From Felis catus (lineage: Eukaryota), in assembly GCF_018350175.1 (NCBI RefSeq), contig NC_058368.1:192016001-192080000 (forward strand): 64,000 nucleotides of DNA. Direction: 5' to 3'. Positions within the stretch are counted from its first letter, which is position 1. Every line of letters starts with the position of its first letter. Both the position numbers and the translations under genes were made by a program. The notes beneath the pieces were generated by a model. That model worked only from the letters and a program-made list of their open reading frames with translations. It was not told where the DNA came from and searched no databases. This document shows positions 37,990 to 52,331 of the stretch, piece after piece.

Positions 37990-39400
37990 AATAAAAAACT
38001 CAAGATGACCAAAAGACTTGATAGCCGACACGAATGTGCGTTTTCCAGCAAGGAGATGCACGTATTGAAAACCCACGACTCCAGCCCTCGGTTCCCGGGA
38101 TCTAAAACCAGAGCTCCTGCTCGGGACTACTGCCGAAGCTTTGTAACACGGTCCCCTTGCATTCCGAAAGGTAACCTGATACCTGATTTCTCCGTTGCAG
38201 AGAGCGTTAAGCGACACAGAGATGCAGAGAGCAGTGTACAAAATTAGGTAGGCTCTGGGGATCGCGGATGTGCCATTTGGAAGTGACCCCTGAGACCAGG
38301 AAGATCTAGCTCTTGGGGTGCTTCTGTCGCCTGAACGCTGGCGTCTGAGCTTGGATCTTCTACAACGCGATTATTCACACCTGTTCCCAAACGTGAGCGT
38401 GAGCAGAGCAGGATCACCTGGAGGGCTGGTTAAAACACGGATCGCTGGCTCCCCCCCACCCCCCTCCACCTCCGAGCTTCTAACTGGTGGGCCCGAGAGG
38501 ACGGTCTGAGAATGTGTAGTTCCAAGGAGCGCCCAGGTGGTGACAACAATGCTGGTCCAGGGCCACATCTTGCCCAGGCCTTGCAAGATGAAGTAACTTG
38601 CTCAGGATCGCGCTGCCAGTTTCTGACACCGCCCGGAGTCTTCCCGCTTCAAGCATGTGGCGGCTCCATTATTCCTCCTCTCTTTTCCCCATCTCGCTTG
38701 GTTGACGTGTTGCTTTGCCTTCATAACAACACACAGCTTGCCCATCACTAGAATAAACACGTGGTGGGGTTAGGAAGTGAGTACGCTGAAAAATGGAGCA
38801 GGACCGCGCTTCCACGATAAAACTATCTTGAAGTCACGCCTAAATCGCTCGTTTTTCCCTCCTATCGAACAAGCGGTCTCCTGCATTCCATTTTGCCCAA
38901 GGTCAACACCGAGGAACTTCACGAAAATCCCCCAGTGTGGCATCAGGCCGCCTCGTTTTCCGTGCAAACCTTAAAACTCGGGTTGTTTCCCCGTGGGATT
39001 CTCCTCGTCAGCGGGTCAGAGAAAACAAGAGCCTGTGTCCAGTTCTGGTTCAGCCTTGGGCTGTCAGTCCATCTTCTGGCCTTGGGTTTTTTTTTTTTTT
39101 CCTTCTAAAATGAGGAGCGTAGCCTCTAAGGTCCCTCTTCAGCTCCCACTTTCTAAAGAGCTGAGGAGCAGTGGATGCAACACGCCTGGATGACAACGAA
39201 TTCTGTCTAAATAGCACTCGCGTTGCCCATAACCACCGGCCCTGGCAGAATAGTGTCGGGGTGATCGTAGCGAAAGGAAGGCGGGAAGAGAAGGTAGAGA
39301 GCCATGGGGCCCTGGGGCTGGGGCTGGAACGATGGGAACGTGGGAGTCAGCACATTCGCAGTGATTCGTTCTGTTTACTTCCCCTCCCCTCCAGTGCATA
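37990..39400. promoter_or_regulatory. CpG-enriched promoter-like region
   Basis: CpG density is visibly far above the rest of the window, even inside an embedded MER5 (~38380-38585). MYB-type cores CCGTTG (38192-38197) and TAACTG (38481-38486). Confidence 0.55.
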
Positions 39401-40699
39401 CACAGATTCTTGACACATGGGAGGATTTTTTAAGACCACGTTATTTATAATGATTTCTCATTTCTGCTTGGTAAAGAGAGAGGCAAAGGATGCTCGGGCA
39501 TTTTTACAAAAAAAAGGAAAGCTGCTGTGAATTACACAATGTATATTGCTCATTAAAGGGAAATCCACTCCCTGTGTTGCTGCAAAACATATGCCAACCA
39601 GAAATATTATTAAGCCAAATTTGCTCCCATTTAGGTAAAAGGATGAAACTGTCAAAAGTCTGCAGTGCTATCATTTCAGAGTTAACACCTGTCACAGAAA
39701 AAAAGGAAAGTATCTTAGATGCATAATCTGTCTGAGAGTCAAGGTCAGAAGCGAGCGGGTCCTTATTTTATTCATTTTTCCACAGGTAGGAAAAGATTAC
39801 ATCTAGCAGATGGAGGCTTTTAGCATAAAATAAGCTCCTGTGGCTGCATTTACTTGCAACAACAAGAAATATATGGTTGCAGATGGCCATCTGTTTCTTA
39901 ATTTTAAGGTGGAGGGCAAAGAAAGTTTTTCAACTTTAGTGTTGGGATTTACCAAATAATCATTATTATTTTTAAACACAGACATCATTAACAACTCCCA
40001 TCCTGGGCTGTTTGTCATCTAAGATCTTGCATCTTGAGTGAGGGTTTGTGCCCAAAATGAATACACAGGGTGACAACATGCATATATCGATAGTGTCTGA
40101 GAAGAAAAGGGAGCATGCTTGCAAATTAGCACACGCGAGCACCCACTCCTGATGAGAGCTGAGTTTGCACTCTGAGTGATTTAGTCACACAGGAACAGGG
40201 CTGTTTCTGCAATTAGGGGACAGGAAAAGCTGATGGGATTGACTGTCTTTATCCTGAGACTCCCAAATAAGACCAAAGTGATCAAGAATAGAAAGTGAAG
40301 GCCGGACACCAACAAGAGATGCACACCTTGTGCTAATTGAGAACTTCCGTGTGGAGGCCCTGCAGAAATTAAGAGGCCCGGATGTTCGCACCTGGCTCCG
40401 GAGAAGCAGACCGGGCTGCTGTGGGGATGATGCCTGCAACGTGTTCTAGTAGGAGGAACAGCACAGGAAAGGTGCAGAGCTTGGGGGATGCTGAAGGGCC
40501 AAAGCGCCAACCAAAGGGTTAACAGGTGATGTAACTCAGAGCAGAAGAATGCCAGGCAGCCTAACCCCAGGGGTGAGAAAAGCCCCCTTCTGTAGGTCCT
40601 GCTCCTGATTTCTTGTGCCAGTTTATCACGGGACACAGAGAAGCTCAGAGATCCTTCAGCCAATCGTGTCCTCCATGGGAGACATCAAAGTAGAAAATC

Positions 40700-40925
40700 T
40701 GGGGGTCACCTGGGTGGCTCAGTCAGTTACACGTCCAACTTCAGCTCAGGTCATGGTCTCCCGGTTCATGGGTTCGAGCCCCGCATCGGGCTCTGTGCTG
40801 ACAGCTCAGAGCCTGGAGCCTGCTTCAGATTCTGTGTCTCCCTCTCTCTCCGCCCCTCCCTGACTCGTGCTCTGTCTCTCCTTCTGTCTCTCTCAAAAAT
40901 AAATAAACATTTAAAAAATGTTTTT
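40700..40925 (+). mobile_element. CAN-SINE
   Basis: TSD aagtagaaaa. Confidence 0.95.
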
Positions 40926-41989
40926 CTTAAGTAGAAAACGTGGTACCACAAAGCAGAACAAACATAAGTGCTGTGAAAATATCTGTGCCATGACCCTTAG
41001 AGACATCAAGCAAAATGATTCCATTTAGCTAGTTTTACATGCTGTCTGGAGTTTCCTAAATGCTAATTATGGAAGTCAGGTGATGAAGTGTTCCCAGAAA
41101 ATCCACACGAAGACCGAGAGCAGGGATTCCCACAATAGATGCCCAGGCTTCTTTTCTGCAACGGAGAATGGCAAGGCAGACATAGTCCCCCCACCCACCC
41201 CCGACTCTTGGGAATCATCAATCTCTTGTTACTGTTGTCACTGGAAGGCAATGGGCTTAGGACACCGGCAATGCTGATACATTAAAATAGATCTGTCTTC
41301 TTTCTCTGATGTAGGTCTGTAGATCAGTAACCTAACATTAAGAAACTAAAGTATCCAGATTAGCAGGCTCTTGCCTCCTGAACCAAATTAACAGATGCAA
41401 AAAGACAAAATCTCCCGCTTTTCAGAGGTAGGATTCATCCCCAGTTGCTGTAAGATGGACACATCTTAAAATATTGTCCTCTCTTTAGATAACAATATCA
41501 GGGCAAAGCGTTTAGGCAAACTGTGTCCTGGAAGATAAAGATTTGAACTTACCACTGACTGACAGGGAAGGCATTATAGGCTTTTGCAGCTAAAAAGTGG
41601 TACTGACAGACCTGCCTGGGAACTACTAGGAGCCTCACTGCTTCTGCCTGCTAACCCATGGCACTGTGGGCCAGCTCTGCTCACCACAGCTTTCTTCTTA
41701 CATCGGGCCAGAACACCTGTCCCCCTGCACCTTCAGAAAAGCAAGCCTGACTTGCTAGAATATAAGGAAACTTGGAGCTCCATAATTCTCACAGGCCAAT
41801 CCTTTGTATCAACGTTTATAACATGATTGTGTCTACACTGAACTTCTTCCATAAAATAACTACTTACACTGGCCTTTAACCCCACTTTATGCAAAGCAAC
41901 AATGGGCCTTCAATTCCTAAAAACAAAAAAGATCGGTCTTGGGAGTGGAATGTTGTTGATTCTTAGCATCTCGGGTATTCTGGGAAGCA

Positions 41990-42395
41990 ATACTTTGAGT
42001 TAGGTGTAGCTATTTTCATTTACATTAATTAAAATGGAATAAAATTAAATATTCAGTCCTTTAGTCACAAATGCCGTATTTCAGATTCCCAGAGCCATGG
42101 CTAGTGGCTACCATATTAAACACCGTAACATAGAACATTTCCATTATTTTAAAATTTCTCTTAGGGGCATCTGGGCAGCTCAGCTGGTTAAGTGTCTGAT
42201 GCTTGGTTTCGGCTCAGGTCATGATCTCACGGTTTTGTGGGTTCGAGCCCCGTGTTGTCGGGCTCTGTGCTGACAGCGCAGAGCCTGCTTGGAATTCTGT
42301 CTCCCTCTCTGTCTGCCCCACCCCCACTCACGGTGTCTCTGTCCCTCTCAAAATAACTAAATAAACTTTAAAGAAAAATTTCTTGTAGACAGAGC
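41990..42395 (+). mobile_element. MER3-like hAT element with nested CAN-SINE (42163-42372)
   Basis: ggctagtggctaccatatt...atagaacatttccat motif, followed by a SINE body. Confidence 0.7.
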
Positions 42396-42699
42396 TTCTC
42401 TGTAAGTTCACATTGGAAGTGGTCTCACAGGTCTCTCTAGTCCCATATACCTTTCAAGTTAGAACTTCCTGTGTAAAATTCCTAATAACGTGTAAAGATA
42501 AAATTTGAGGAAGGGGAAGCTAAGATCTTTAAGGTCTTCCGAGAGCAGATTACCAAAGTGGTCAAGATCCCAGGCTTCAGTGTTTGACCTTCTACCAGCC
42601 AGCTGTGTAACATTAGCATGTCAGCTCCTCTCTAGGACTTGGTTTCCTCACAGCCCATGGCCCACCCACATCCTCCCCCATTTCCCTCTTCTCTAGAGT

Positions 42700-43680
42700 A
42701 ACAGAAGCCAATATATTTCAGCAGTCAACCGAGATCCCTCGGTTTCAGAAGGGTGGATCCCACCACACATCTAGAATCTGGAAGACACAGTTCTGTAATG
42801 ATGGGATGTTAGGGAACTCTGCTGGGGAGCAATTTCTTTTCCAAATAAAAAGGTAACACCTCGTAAGGAGCAGAACTTTGGCTCGTCCATCTCTTTCTTG
42901 CCTGCTGTGTGGACATGAAGCCTGGAGCTACAGCGGCCAGCTTGCAGCCATGAGGTGTCAGGCATGAGGATAAAAGCCAGCAAGCTAAGGGTGGAGAACA
43001 GAAGGCTAGAGAAAATTTGAACTCTGAATGGCATCATTGAACAGCCACGTAATTCTTCACTGTTTTAAGTGAGAAAAATAAAACCCTAGGTTTAAGCTTC
43101 CAGAAGTTTTATTTACTGGTACCTCCATCCAAAAGCACTCCAAACTGATATTTCATCTTCTCTCAGTTAGTATTAAGTTTGGCTGTTTTGGCCAAAACCC
43201 CCAAATAATGAAAGCTTTAAAGATGGAGTTTATCTCTCAGGTAAAAGAGATCTGAAGTAGACACTCAGGAGAAGGTACAGCTCCATGGTCACCAGGTCAT
43301 CTTGTGGCTTCTCTCTTTCCACTCCACCATCCCACTATCCTAGCATTTTGCTTCCATCCTCAAACCTAACTCGTGTTCCAAGATGGCTACTGGATTGCCA
43401 GCCATCACAAAGGCATTCCAGGCAACAGGAAAGAGGAAAAGGGAAGGACAAATGGGCACTTCTTCCACCTGAGTTAGCTCCCTCTGTGCAGCTAGTCTTA
43501 GAGGTTCCACACAGCACTCTCTCTTACAGCTCATCTGTTAGAACAGTCACATGATTCTGGTTGCAAAGCAACCTGGGAATGCAGTCTTTCCACTGGGAGT
43601 CATTACCACCCCAATAAGATCAGAGTTCTGCTGTAATGCTGTGAGGAATAAGAAGAAAGTGATTCTCAGAAGACAAATGC
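42700..43680. mobile_element. Old MLT1-type LTR fragments
   Basis: cagccagcttgcagccatgagg..gaggataaaagcca; ccaagatggctactggattgccagccatcaca. Confidence 0.6.
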
Positions 43681-45209
43681 TATAAGAGAAAATGATCTAA
43701 TATAGGTAAAATATTTGGTACAGTCCTGATAAATAGCAAACCCCGAATAAAAGGTGAGAGTAGGGAAGGAAGGGAATAAAATCTCTTATCTTCACTTTTG
43801 ACTTATTATATAACTGGCTGGTCTTTGTTGCATTAATACAGTGTTCCCCAAACATTGATCATTTATATACCATCTTTGTGATTTCCCATATTTTGGTATG
43901 TTGTGTTATTATTTAATATTTTCTGTAAATCAACTTGACTTTTACTTAACTTTCAGTATGCTGTTCCCATAAGTAGGAAATCAATATTCCTCTAATAAAA
44001 TAAAAATTATAACTACTGCAATTAAAATATTCATTTCGGATATGACCTAAAACCATCTCAGAGGCCACATTTTAGAAAACATTTCTCTGTTGAATGCTCT
44101 GGAATAAATGACTTTTGTGATTGATTACCTCAAGTTGGCTTTGGCCATTAATCAATCTCTGCCGCCACTTACTTGCTTCATCTAACACTGTACGATGAAG
44201 ATTATTCTTTAAATATCTTTAGTAATTAGCAAAACTGGCATTTTCTTTAGGTTCAACCAACCTGTAATGAGAATTGATGGCAAGAAGGACATGGTTATGG
44301 GACTTTAAGAAAGCTGACACATTCCACAGCTTTTTATTTTCTTCAAAATCCAGACAAAATTATACTGAAAACTATTAAACACATTGTCAACTTCAACTAT
44401 GTCTTCCATTTCTTTTCTTTTCTTTTTGAGCTCTGATTTATCTTTATTTAACTTTTCCCACCAAACTCCTTGACGTGATACGTAGTGTCCTCCAAGATGC
44501 CTCCCTGCAAGCTTCTGCACACCCTAAAGTTCTATTCCCCATGATCAGAGCCGTTCTGGCACTTTCAAGTTGCTGTTGGCATCGTGGTTACCCTGGCTGG
44601 AAACTGGCAGCTCTGCCTCCTGTCCGAGTGAGAAGTGCTAGACAACAAAAGATGGTACCGGGTAAGTTGGCTGCCTTTATGCCAGCTCCTGAGAGTGGAC
44701 TCCACACCCAAAGGACTTGGCTCACCACCGTTTATGGGCTGTGTGATTTGGGGGAAGTACGGTACCTCTCTGTGTCTCAGTTTCTTCCTCTGTAAAACAA
44801 GAATAGCACATAATACTACATAGGGTAACGTGAAGATTCCGTGGGTTCACACAGATAAAGCAGCTAGAACGGTGCCTGGCACATACTAAGCTCTCAAAGC
44901 ATGTTAGTTATTGCTATTACTAATCTCCAAACAGTGAGCTCTGGATTCAGGCAAATGTGGTTTCATATCCCAGCCCCACAACTCACTAGTGATAAGTCAA
45001 TAGGTCACATTGCTCTCCCACGTGCCACGGAAACGGTGTTTCTTTATCCATTTCCCTAACAGACCTGCTCTTTCACGCACTAAAGAGCACAGGACCAGGG
45101 TAGTAGGAAGTAAGCAGATAAACAAACAACAAACTCTCGATGTCCTCTACTCCAGCAAGCCTACACAGATGCAGTACTTTACAATTCCTTAGGTAAGTTT
45201 CATTCACTT

Positions 45210-45405
45210 TATTTTTTTTAATGTTTGTTTATTTTTGAGAGGGAGAGGGAGGGAGGGAGGGGCAGAGAGAGGGAGGGACAAAGGATCCAAAGCGGAGTCT
45301 GTGCTGAACATGCAGAGCCTGATGTGGGGCTCAAACTCATGAACTGTGAGATCATGACCTGAGCTGAAGTCAGATGCTTAACCAACTGAGCCACCCAGGC
45401 GCCCC
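45210..45405 (-). mobile_element. CAN-SINE
   Basis: Reverse SINE flanked by cattcacttta. Confidence 0.95.
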
Positions 45406-46699
45406 GCATTCACTTTAAATATAGATGTTCTGCCATAGATTTCCACTGCCTCCCAAGACATTGACCAGGAATATGGGAGGTGGATTTATGTAAACTTGGA
45501 GAAGTGCCTCCTAAATTTGCGTGACCAAGGCACCTTGCCACCATCACTCTAGCCCCGGCCCTGGGGCAAGAGTACCCCTGGTCTCGTGCTGACTTTGGAC
45601 ATTAGCCAGCCACTCGGGAACCTCACAGTTGTTACCAGTTCTGTCCCTTGCATGTTCTGCTACTGCTGACATCAGTGCCTGACCCATCCGTGTCTGGTCT
45701 CCATTGATGATGACCTAGAGGGATTCTCACCCCATCTCTTGCTAAAGCTGCTGAGTCCCAATCACGTCTTCCATCCAGATCCCAGAAGTAGGCAATCCAC
45801 CTCCATCCTCTGTCATGCAGTCTGATGGCCCCCAGACCACGGACCACTGGGCACACTCTTGGGCACATGCAGAAATGCTGGGGGTCCCGCCGCACTGCAA
45901 GGACACTGAAGGTGACTTAGAAAGCTAAACATTGGCCTTCTCTCTGCTTAACCATGCTGGGCTGCCAAGCTTCCCTTGGTATGGTTGTCCCCCAGCATAG
46001 AGCAGGGCAACCTGGAAGCAGTCTCTTCCCCGAGCCCCAAATGTGCCTCACATCCAAAGCCTCTGACCTAGTCGCCCCCTCAACTAACCCCACCACCCCC
46101 ACTCTGTCCAGCCCAAAGTCCAAGAGGGGAGACTCGGGCCCATGTGCCATGCCCTGACTCTCTTGCCACTTCTCCTCACAAAAGCCCTGGCCAGAGGAGC
46201 AGATCTTCTGTTCTCCCGATCACACTTTGCCCTAACCTCATCCTAACCTGGGGCCGGATGTCAAACAACCTAGTCAACAGGTGGAAGAGTTTTCTTCTCC
46301 ACTCCATGAAAGGAACCATGATCTAAATCTTCCAAGTTGTCCTCTTGATACGCCTATAATTAATTAATTACTTAATTATCCGCAAATCTCAGGCTAAATG
46401 TCAGCAGCTGATGAACTCATTCTTTTGTCTTTGCATTTCTGCTATAGCGCTCCTAACGCCCCCATCTCCCACCTGACGTGGGTGAGTGACTCAGGGCTTG
46501 TTGGGCATCAGCAAACCATAGGGCACTGCCAAGGAAAAAAGCGCAGTCAACATTTTGTTTCAAAATATTCCCCCTGTTGCATTTACTGCCTTGGGCAGGT
46601 TTCATAATTTCTTGACCTTCAGTTTCGTTATCTGGAGAAAAAACTTCTAACGGTTCTAAAGCATAGGGTAACCGGGATGATTAAAGTTTTATGTATGTA

Positions 46700-47170
46700 C
46701 AGAGACATGTGAGCCAAGAATCACAGCGGCATTATTCGTAATAATCCAAAGCTGGAGAAATTTCAAATGCCCAGCAATTCACAATACAAACAAAAAGTTG
46801 TGTAACTACGTCATAAAACACTGTTTGGCAATAACAATGAATGGACTGCTCGTACATGGTACTCCATGAGTGGCTCTCAAAAACTTAGGCTAAGTGAAAG
46901 AAGCCAGACTCAAAAGACTACATACTGTATGATTTTATGTATGTGCCACATCCAGAAAAGGCACATCCATAGAGACAGAAAATAAGGCAGTCCAGGGCTG
47001 GGGGTGGAGGTGAGATGGACCGTAACCAGGCACGAGAGAAGAACTTGGGGCAACAAAAAATGTTCTAAAATTGGATTGTGATGATGGCTCCACAGGTCTG
47101 TATTTTACTAAAATCATTGATTTGTACATTTGCAAGCAGCAAAGGTTATGATACATAATGCTACCTCAAT
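46700..47170 (+). mobile_element. Old L1 (L1MB-like) 3' end
   Basis: gctaagtgaaagaagccagactcaaaagactacatactgtatgatt...aaatgttctaaaattggattgtgatgatgg. Confidence 0.8.
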
Positions 47171-47182
47171 GAAGTTACTCTT

Positions 47183-47899
47183 GTTTTTGTAAGTTTGAAC
47201 TTACTTTATTTTTTATGTTAAATATAATTTATTGTCCAGTTGGTTTCCATACAACACCCAGTGCTCATCTCAACAGGTGCCCTCCTCGATGCCCATCATG
47301 CACTTTCCCCTTTCCCCCCACCTCCCATCAACCCTCAGTTTATTCTCAATATTTAAGAGTCTCTTCTGGTTTGCCTCCTTCCCTCTCTGTAACTTTTTTC
47401 TCCCTTCCCCTCCCCCATGGTCTTCTGTTAAGTTTCTCAGGATCCACATATGAGTGAAAACATATGGTATCTGTCTTTCTCTGCCTGACTTATTTCACTT
47501 AGCATAATACCCTCCAGTTCCATCCACGTAGTTGCAAATGGCAAGATTTCATTCTTTTTGATTTCCGAGTGATACTCCATTGTAGATATATACCACATCT
47601 TCTTTATCCATTCATCAGTTGATGGACATTTAGGCTCTTTCCATAATTTGGCTATTGTTGAAAGTGCTGCTATAAACATTGGGATACAAGTGCCCCTATG
47701 CATCAGCACTCCTGTACCCCTTGGTGAATTCCTAGTAGTGCTATTACTGGGTCATAGGGTAGCTCTATCTTTAATTTTTTGAGGAACCTCTACACTGTTG
47801 TCCAGAGTGGTTTGCATTCCCACCAACAGTGCAAGAGGGTTCCCATTTCTCCACATCCTCGCCAGCATCTATAGTCTCCTGATTTGTTCATTTTAGCCA
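47183..47899 (-). mobile_element. 5'-truncated carnivore L1
   Basis: ORF2 C-terminus (KKNEILPFATTWMELEGIMLSEISQ); TSD ctcaatgaagtta(c/t)tctt. Confidence 0.95.
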
Positions 47900-49140
47900 C
47901 TCAATGAAGTTATTCTTAAAAGTGTGTGTATATGTGCATGTCCCCACACACGGTGCCTGGCACCTGGTAATCACTTGCAAGATATTGATCACATATGTTA
48001 CCATATTATTGAAATGTTTATTATTGCTATTAAACTCTCATTTCCCATCACTTCCATGGCTATTGTCCTGAAATAGCTTGAGAGCTATTTATGTTTAGGG
48101 GATCATCTGCTTGCTTAAAATGCCTATTATCAAATTTTTCGTATGTTCAAAAATTCCAGGAGCTGCAACAGAAGGTTAACAAATGCCCTCATTATTTTAC
48201 TACACTTGAAAAGAAAAGGCGAGCATATATTTTTAGAGTGTTATTAGAATTTTCAACCGCTCTTTTGCCTGTTGTGAAAGTCAATTTTCCAAATCACAAT
48301 ACTTGAGACTATAAATTAACAGATAAATAAAAACCAAAGCATTCGGCACACCTGCTTCAATCAGGTGCTGCAGGCTTTTTATAGAATGTTAATATTTGTA
48401 CCCTTCCCTTTAGTTTTGATAGTAGATGCTTCTCCCGCGATGTTTAAAAGCATAACTACATCACCTACTTAGAGCTTGTAACCATTTTCTTGCTATTCAT
48501 AAGGTAATGTCTCTTTTAGCAGAAAAAAGAAAACTGAGACACACGTGCAGCTCTCATTCACCAAGTACTCAGACACATCCTTATGCTCTTTCCCCTCAAG
48601 GAAACTTTTTGGTTTTACATTAGGTATGACTCACTGATCTACATTCTCCAGGGTCCAAGCCCTCTTTGGCTTCCTCCTCATTTGGCCCTGTTTCCAAAGT
48701 CCGTTCCCTTGGTCTCCCCAAACTGGTCCCTTCCTTTAGTCAGCCAGGTTCCCAACTCCTCAGCCCTTCCATCCCCACACATCCCTCTTGCTCACCACCT
48801 GCCAGTGAGATTTTACTCCTGCTATTGACCCAGCCACACATGCCTTCACTCCTCCAAGTCCAACCAAGTGCATGGTGACCTGGCTTCAGACTCCCCTCTC
48901 TGTCTTTCCAGCTCTATCCTGTAACTCAACACTCAGGACAACTTACCTTCTATTATCTGACATGCATTTATTTCAGAAGTGGCAGTATTTTTCTCCGGCA
49001 TTAATTGGGTTACAAATGTCTCAAAGATAAAGACCAGTGCTTCTACTCTGAAAGTTCTCTGTCCCTCTCTCTCTCTTTTTCCATCTCTCTCATCTTCCTG
49101 TCTCTCTCTGTCTCTCTCTCAGAGGTGAGTGCCTCTAGCT

Positions 49141-49321
49141 CAGTGGTTCTCAAAGCCTGGTCCCTAGCATTAGGGTCACCTGGGAACTGGTTAATAATGC
49201 AAAATCTCAGGCTCCACCCCAGAGCGACTGAATCCGAAATTCTGAGGATAGAGGCCAGAAATTCATGGTTTCACCAGCCCTCCAGGTGACCCTGATGCAC
49301 ACTTACATTGGAGAACCACTG
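49141..49321. mobile_element. MER5A
   Basis: Terminal inverted repeats cagtggttctc / gagaaccactg. Confidence 0.9.
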
Positions 49322-49448
49322 CCCTAAACCAAGTGCCTGTGTGACCCAACACCACGGTAACTGGGATCAATGTGCTACACACTTTGAAATCCTCACCATG
49401 CTATCCATATTTCTAAATAGTCATCGGCCGCATTAAAAGACCTCTTTT

Positions 49449-50119
49449 GGGGCACCTGGTTGGCTCAGTCAGTTAAGCATCCGGCTTCGGCTCAGGTCAT
49501 GATCTCACGGTTCATGGGTTCGAGCCCCACACTGAGCTCTGCATTGACAGTGCAGATCCTCTGTCTCCCTCTCCTTCTGCGCCTCCCCCACTCTCTGTCT
49601 CTCAAAAATAAATAAATATTTTTAAAAATATTTACATATATAAAAAAAATACCTCTGTCACCTGCCAGACATTTGGCCTTTACTATAGCCAAACACCAAA
49701 TGAGGATTAAAGCAAATCAACTGGTTAACTTCCCAGTTTCCAGAGCTGAGCTGCCATCATTACTGTCATCATCAGAGATGCTGATGGAAACAAAAAGTAC
49801 CTTTGGTGAGAACCATCTTGGCATGTGCTTCATTGAAAACAAAGATTGGAGAGGGTCCCCTCTGACAGGTGGAGAAAGATCAGTATAATAGGAAAGATCA
49901 TTTGCAGCAAAGCTTTCACCAGGACTTAGAAAGTATAGAGCAATGGTTTAAAATTTTTCTTTATTTAGGGTTGCCTGGGCGGCTCAGTCAGTTGAGCGTC
50001 CGACTTTGGCTCGGGTCATGATCTCACGGTCTATGAGTTTGAGCCCTGCGTCAGGCTCTGTGAGAGCCTGGAGCCTGCTTCGGATTCTGTGTCTCCCTCT
50101 CTCTCTGCCTCTCCCCCGC

Positions 50120-50167
<48 letters not shown>

Positions 50168-50200
50168 AAAAATAAATAAACATTAAAAAAATTTAAATTT
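49449..50200 (+). mobile_element. Two CAN-SINEs (~49449-49650 and ~49968-50200)
   Basis: SINE bodies, (CT)n tracts and A tails. Confidence 0.9.
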
Positions 50201-50559
50201 TTCTTTATTAAAAAAAAAGTGGAGAAGAGAGAATAGAGGGTCTCTTTCAAACAGTAGACATGATGGGTATATTAGCAAACTATAAAGGTATATTAATCTC
50301 AATTAAAAAAATTCCTTTTAAGGTAGTGCTCTTATATTACCATTTGGAATCTCTAAGAAGACATCTCCTTTTCTGTGGTCTGAAAACAATACACTTAAAA
50401 ATTCTTTGAAAAAGAAAATAAGAGTGGAAGTAAAAGCATTTGCTTTGACAGGGTAAGCTTTTACAGATATTAGGAAGGAAGAAGATGGGGATCTAGAGGA
50501 GTGAAAGCTATAAACATTTGTTGGTTGAGCACTGCTGGTACATAAGGCTCTCTGCTGAG

Positions 50560-51330
50560 AGGTGACCACCACCTCCACCAAGAAGCCAGCATGAATCGTC
50601 AACAGAACTACTACAAGAACCTCCTAACAGCCTTCCCTGCTTGCATGATCGCCGGGCGTAGAGTAGCGGATGGACTTCTAAAACAAGGACCAGCTCACCT
50701 CACTCCCTGTCCAGCACCCGACGCCCAAGGTTGCTGTCACACTCAGAATAAGTCCACAGTCCCAACCTTGACCTACTCCACCCTAGGTGACCCGTGCTCT
50801 TCCCACACTACCTCTAAACTCTTGTCCTACCTCCTCTTCTACCCTTCCTCCCTCCACTCCACCCTTCCAACCTCGCCGCTGTCATTTAAACACACCAAAC
50901 ACATTCCTACTTCAGGAATCTGCTCTTTGCATCTTCTGTTCCTTCTGCCTGGAACTCTGTTCCCTCCACAACCACAGAGCCGCTTTCCACCCTTCCTTCA
51001 GTGTCTGTTCAAATGTCACCATAGCAGAGAAGACACATATGCAGAACAGCACATGCACCCCTCCCTTCACTCTGTGTCCTTCATTTTTCTCATACCTGAT
51101 GTATTATATTCTTATTTTTTTATCCTCATCTTTCTTGAGAATACGAGCCCCATACAAGCAGAGATTCTGTTTTGTTTGCTTCTATGTCCTTAGCACCTAG
51201 AACAGTGCTGGGCACATAGTAGGTGCTCAGTAAATATTTGTCTCATGAAACAGTTGTTAAATGGATGAGGGAGTATTAGGTGCTAAGGATACAAAAAGGT
51301 AAGCAAGAGATCCCTGCCCTCGATGAGCTC
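50560..51330 (+). mobile_element. LINE-2 3' region
   Basis: Ends agcacctagaacagtgctgggcacatagtaggtgctcagtaaatatttg. Confidence 0.85.
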
Positions 51331-52331
51331 ACATTCGGGTTCATATTTATGTCCTTTTTCCACTTCAGAAATTAAAATTGGTGGCATTTGTCAATTCTGC
51401 AACATATCTGCTTTCATATTTGGAAAATGTGCAAACATATAAGTACCTGAATTGTTTCTATAAACCAGCTGGTAAATCAAATTCATAAGGACAATCAGTT
51501 TAAAATTCTGCCTCCCTAAAAACCAATTTGTCACCGCTCACAGGAAGTAGCCACATTACTTCACTCTGTCTGTTGGGGGAGCAGGTACCTAGAAGTTACT
51601 TAATAACTGGTAGCTGATTTCCTCAAATGTTAATCCCAAGAAGACAGGAGCGATGCACCTTTAAATGCTTCTAACTGCCGGAAGGTCAACAAGATTGACG
51701 GTTTACCTAATGCGTAAAGTACTTCATTTTATAAGTGATTCCCCGGAGAGCTGGAGAATACTCAATAACCTTTCTTCCACGAAGACAAGCCAAAGAATTG
51801 TTACCATTAGAAATTCAGTTTGCTCATTAAGTCAGAGGAGCATGTTACGAGACTGACGTCAGCAATATTTTTTCCTCTTTCTTGGTTTCTTTTAATGAAG
51901 GTAACATTGTGAAGACATTCTCTCCCACTTTAACCAGTTGTGGGATAAAATGATTTTTTTTTCCTCCAAGTTTTTATTTAACTTCTAAATGATGAATCAC
52001 TAGATCCCACACCTGAAACTAGTATTACCCTGTACTTTAGCTAACTGGGATGAAATGATTTTAAAAACATCCTTCAGATAAACCTCACCTCTGTTCCCTT
52101 GGTTACTGTGTTTTTATAGATTGGAATCATGAGATAACAGCTTTTAGCACAAACCAGGACCTGTTGGTGAAATATTAACCAACCATTGCACAGCAAGGCC
52201 CCTGCAGAACCTAACCCAGGACATTCTTTTCAAAGGTCTCCTGTGAAAATAGGTCCAAAGATTTCAAATTAGGTAAGTGAATGTCTAATAGAAGAAATTC
52301 TTAGACAAACCTAAAGATATAAAATATCACA

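Noticed and set aside
50591..51200. 200-aa and 137-aa ORFs
   Set aside because: Chance frames in a decayed L2.
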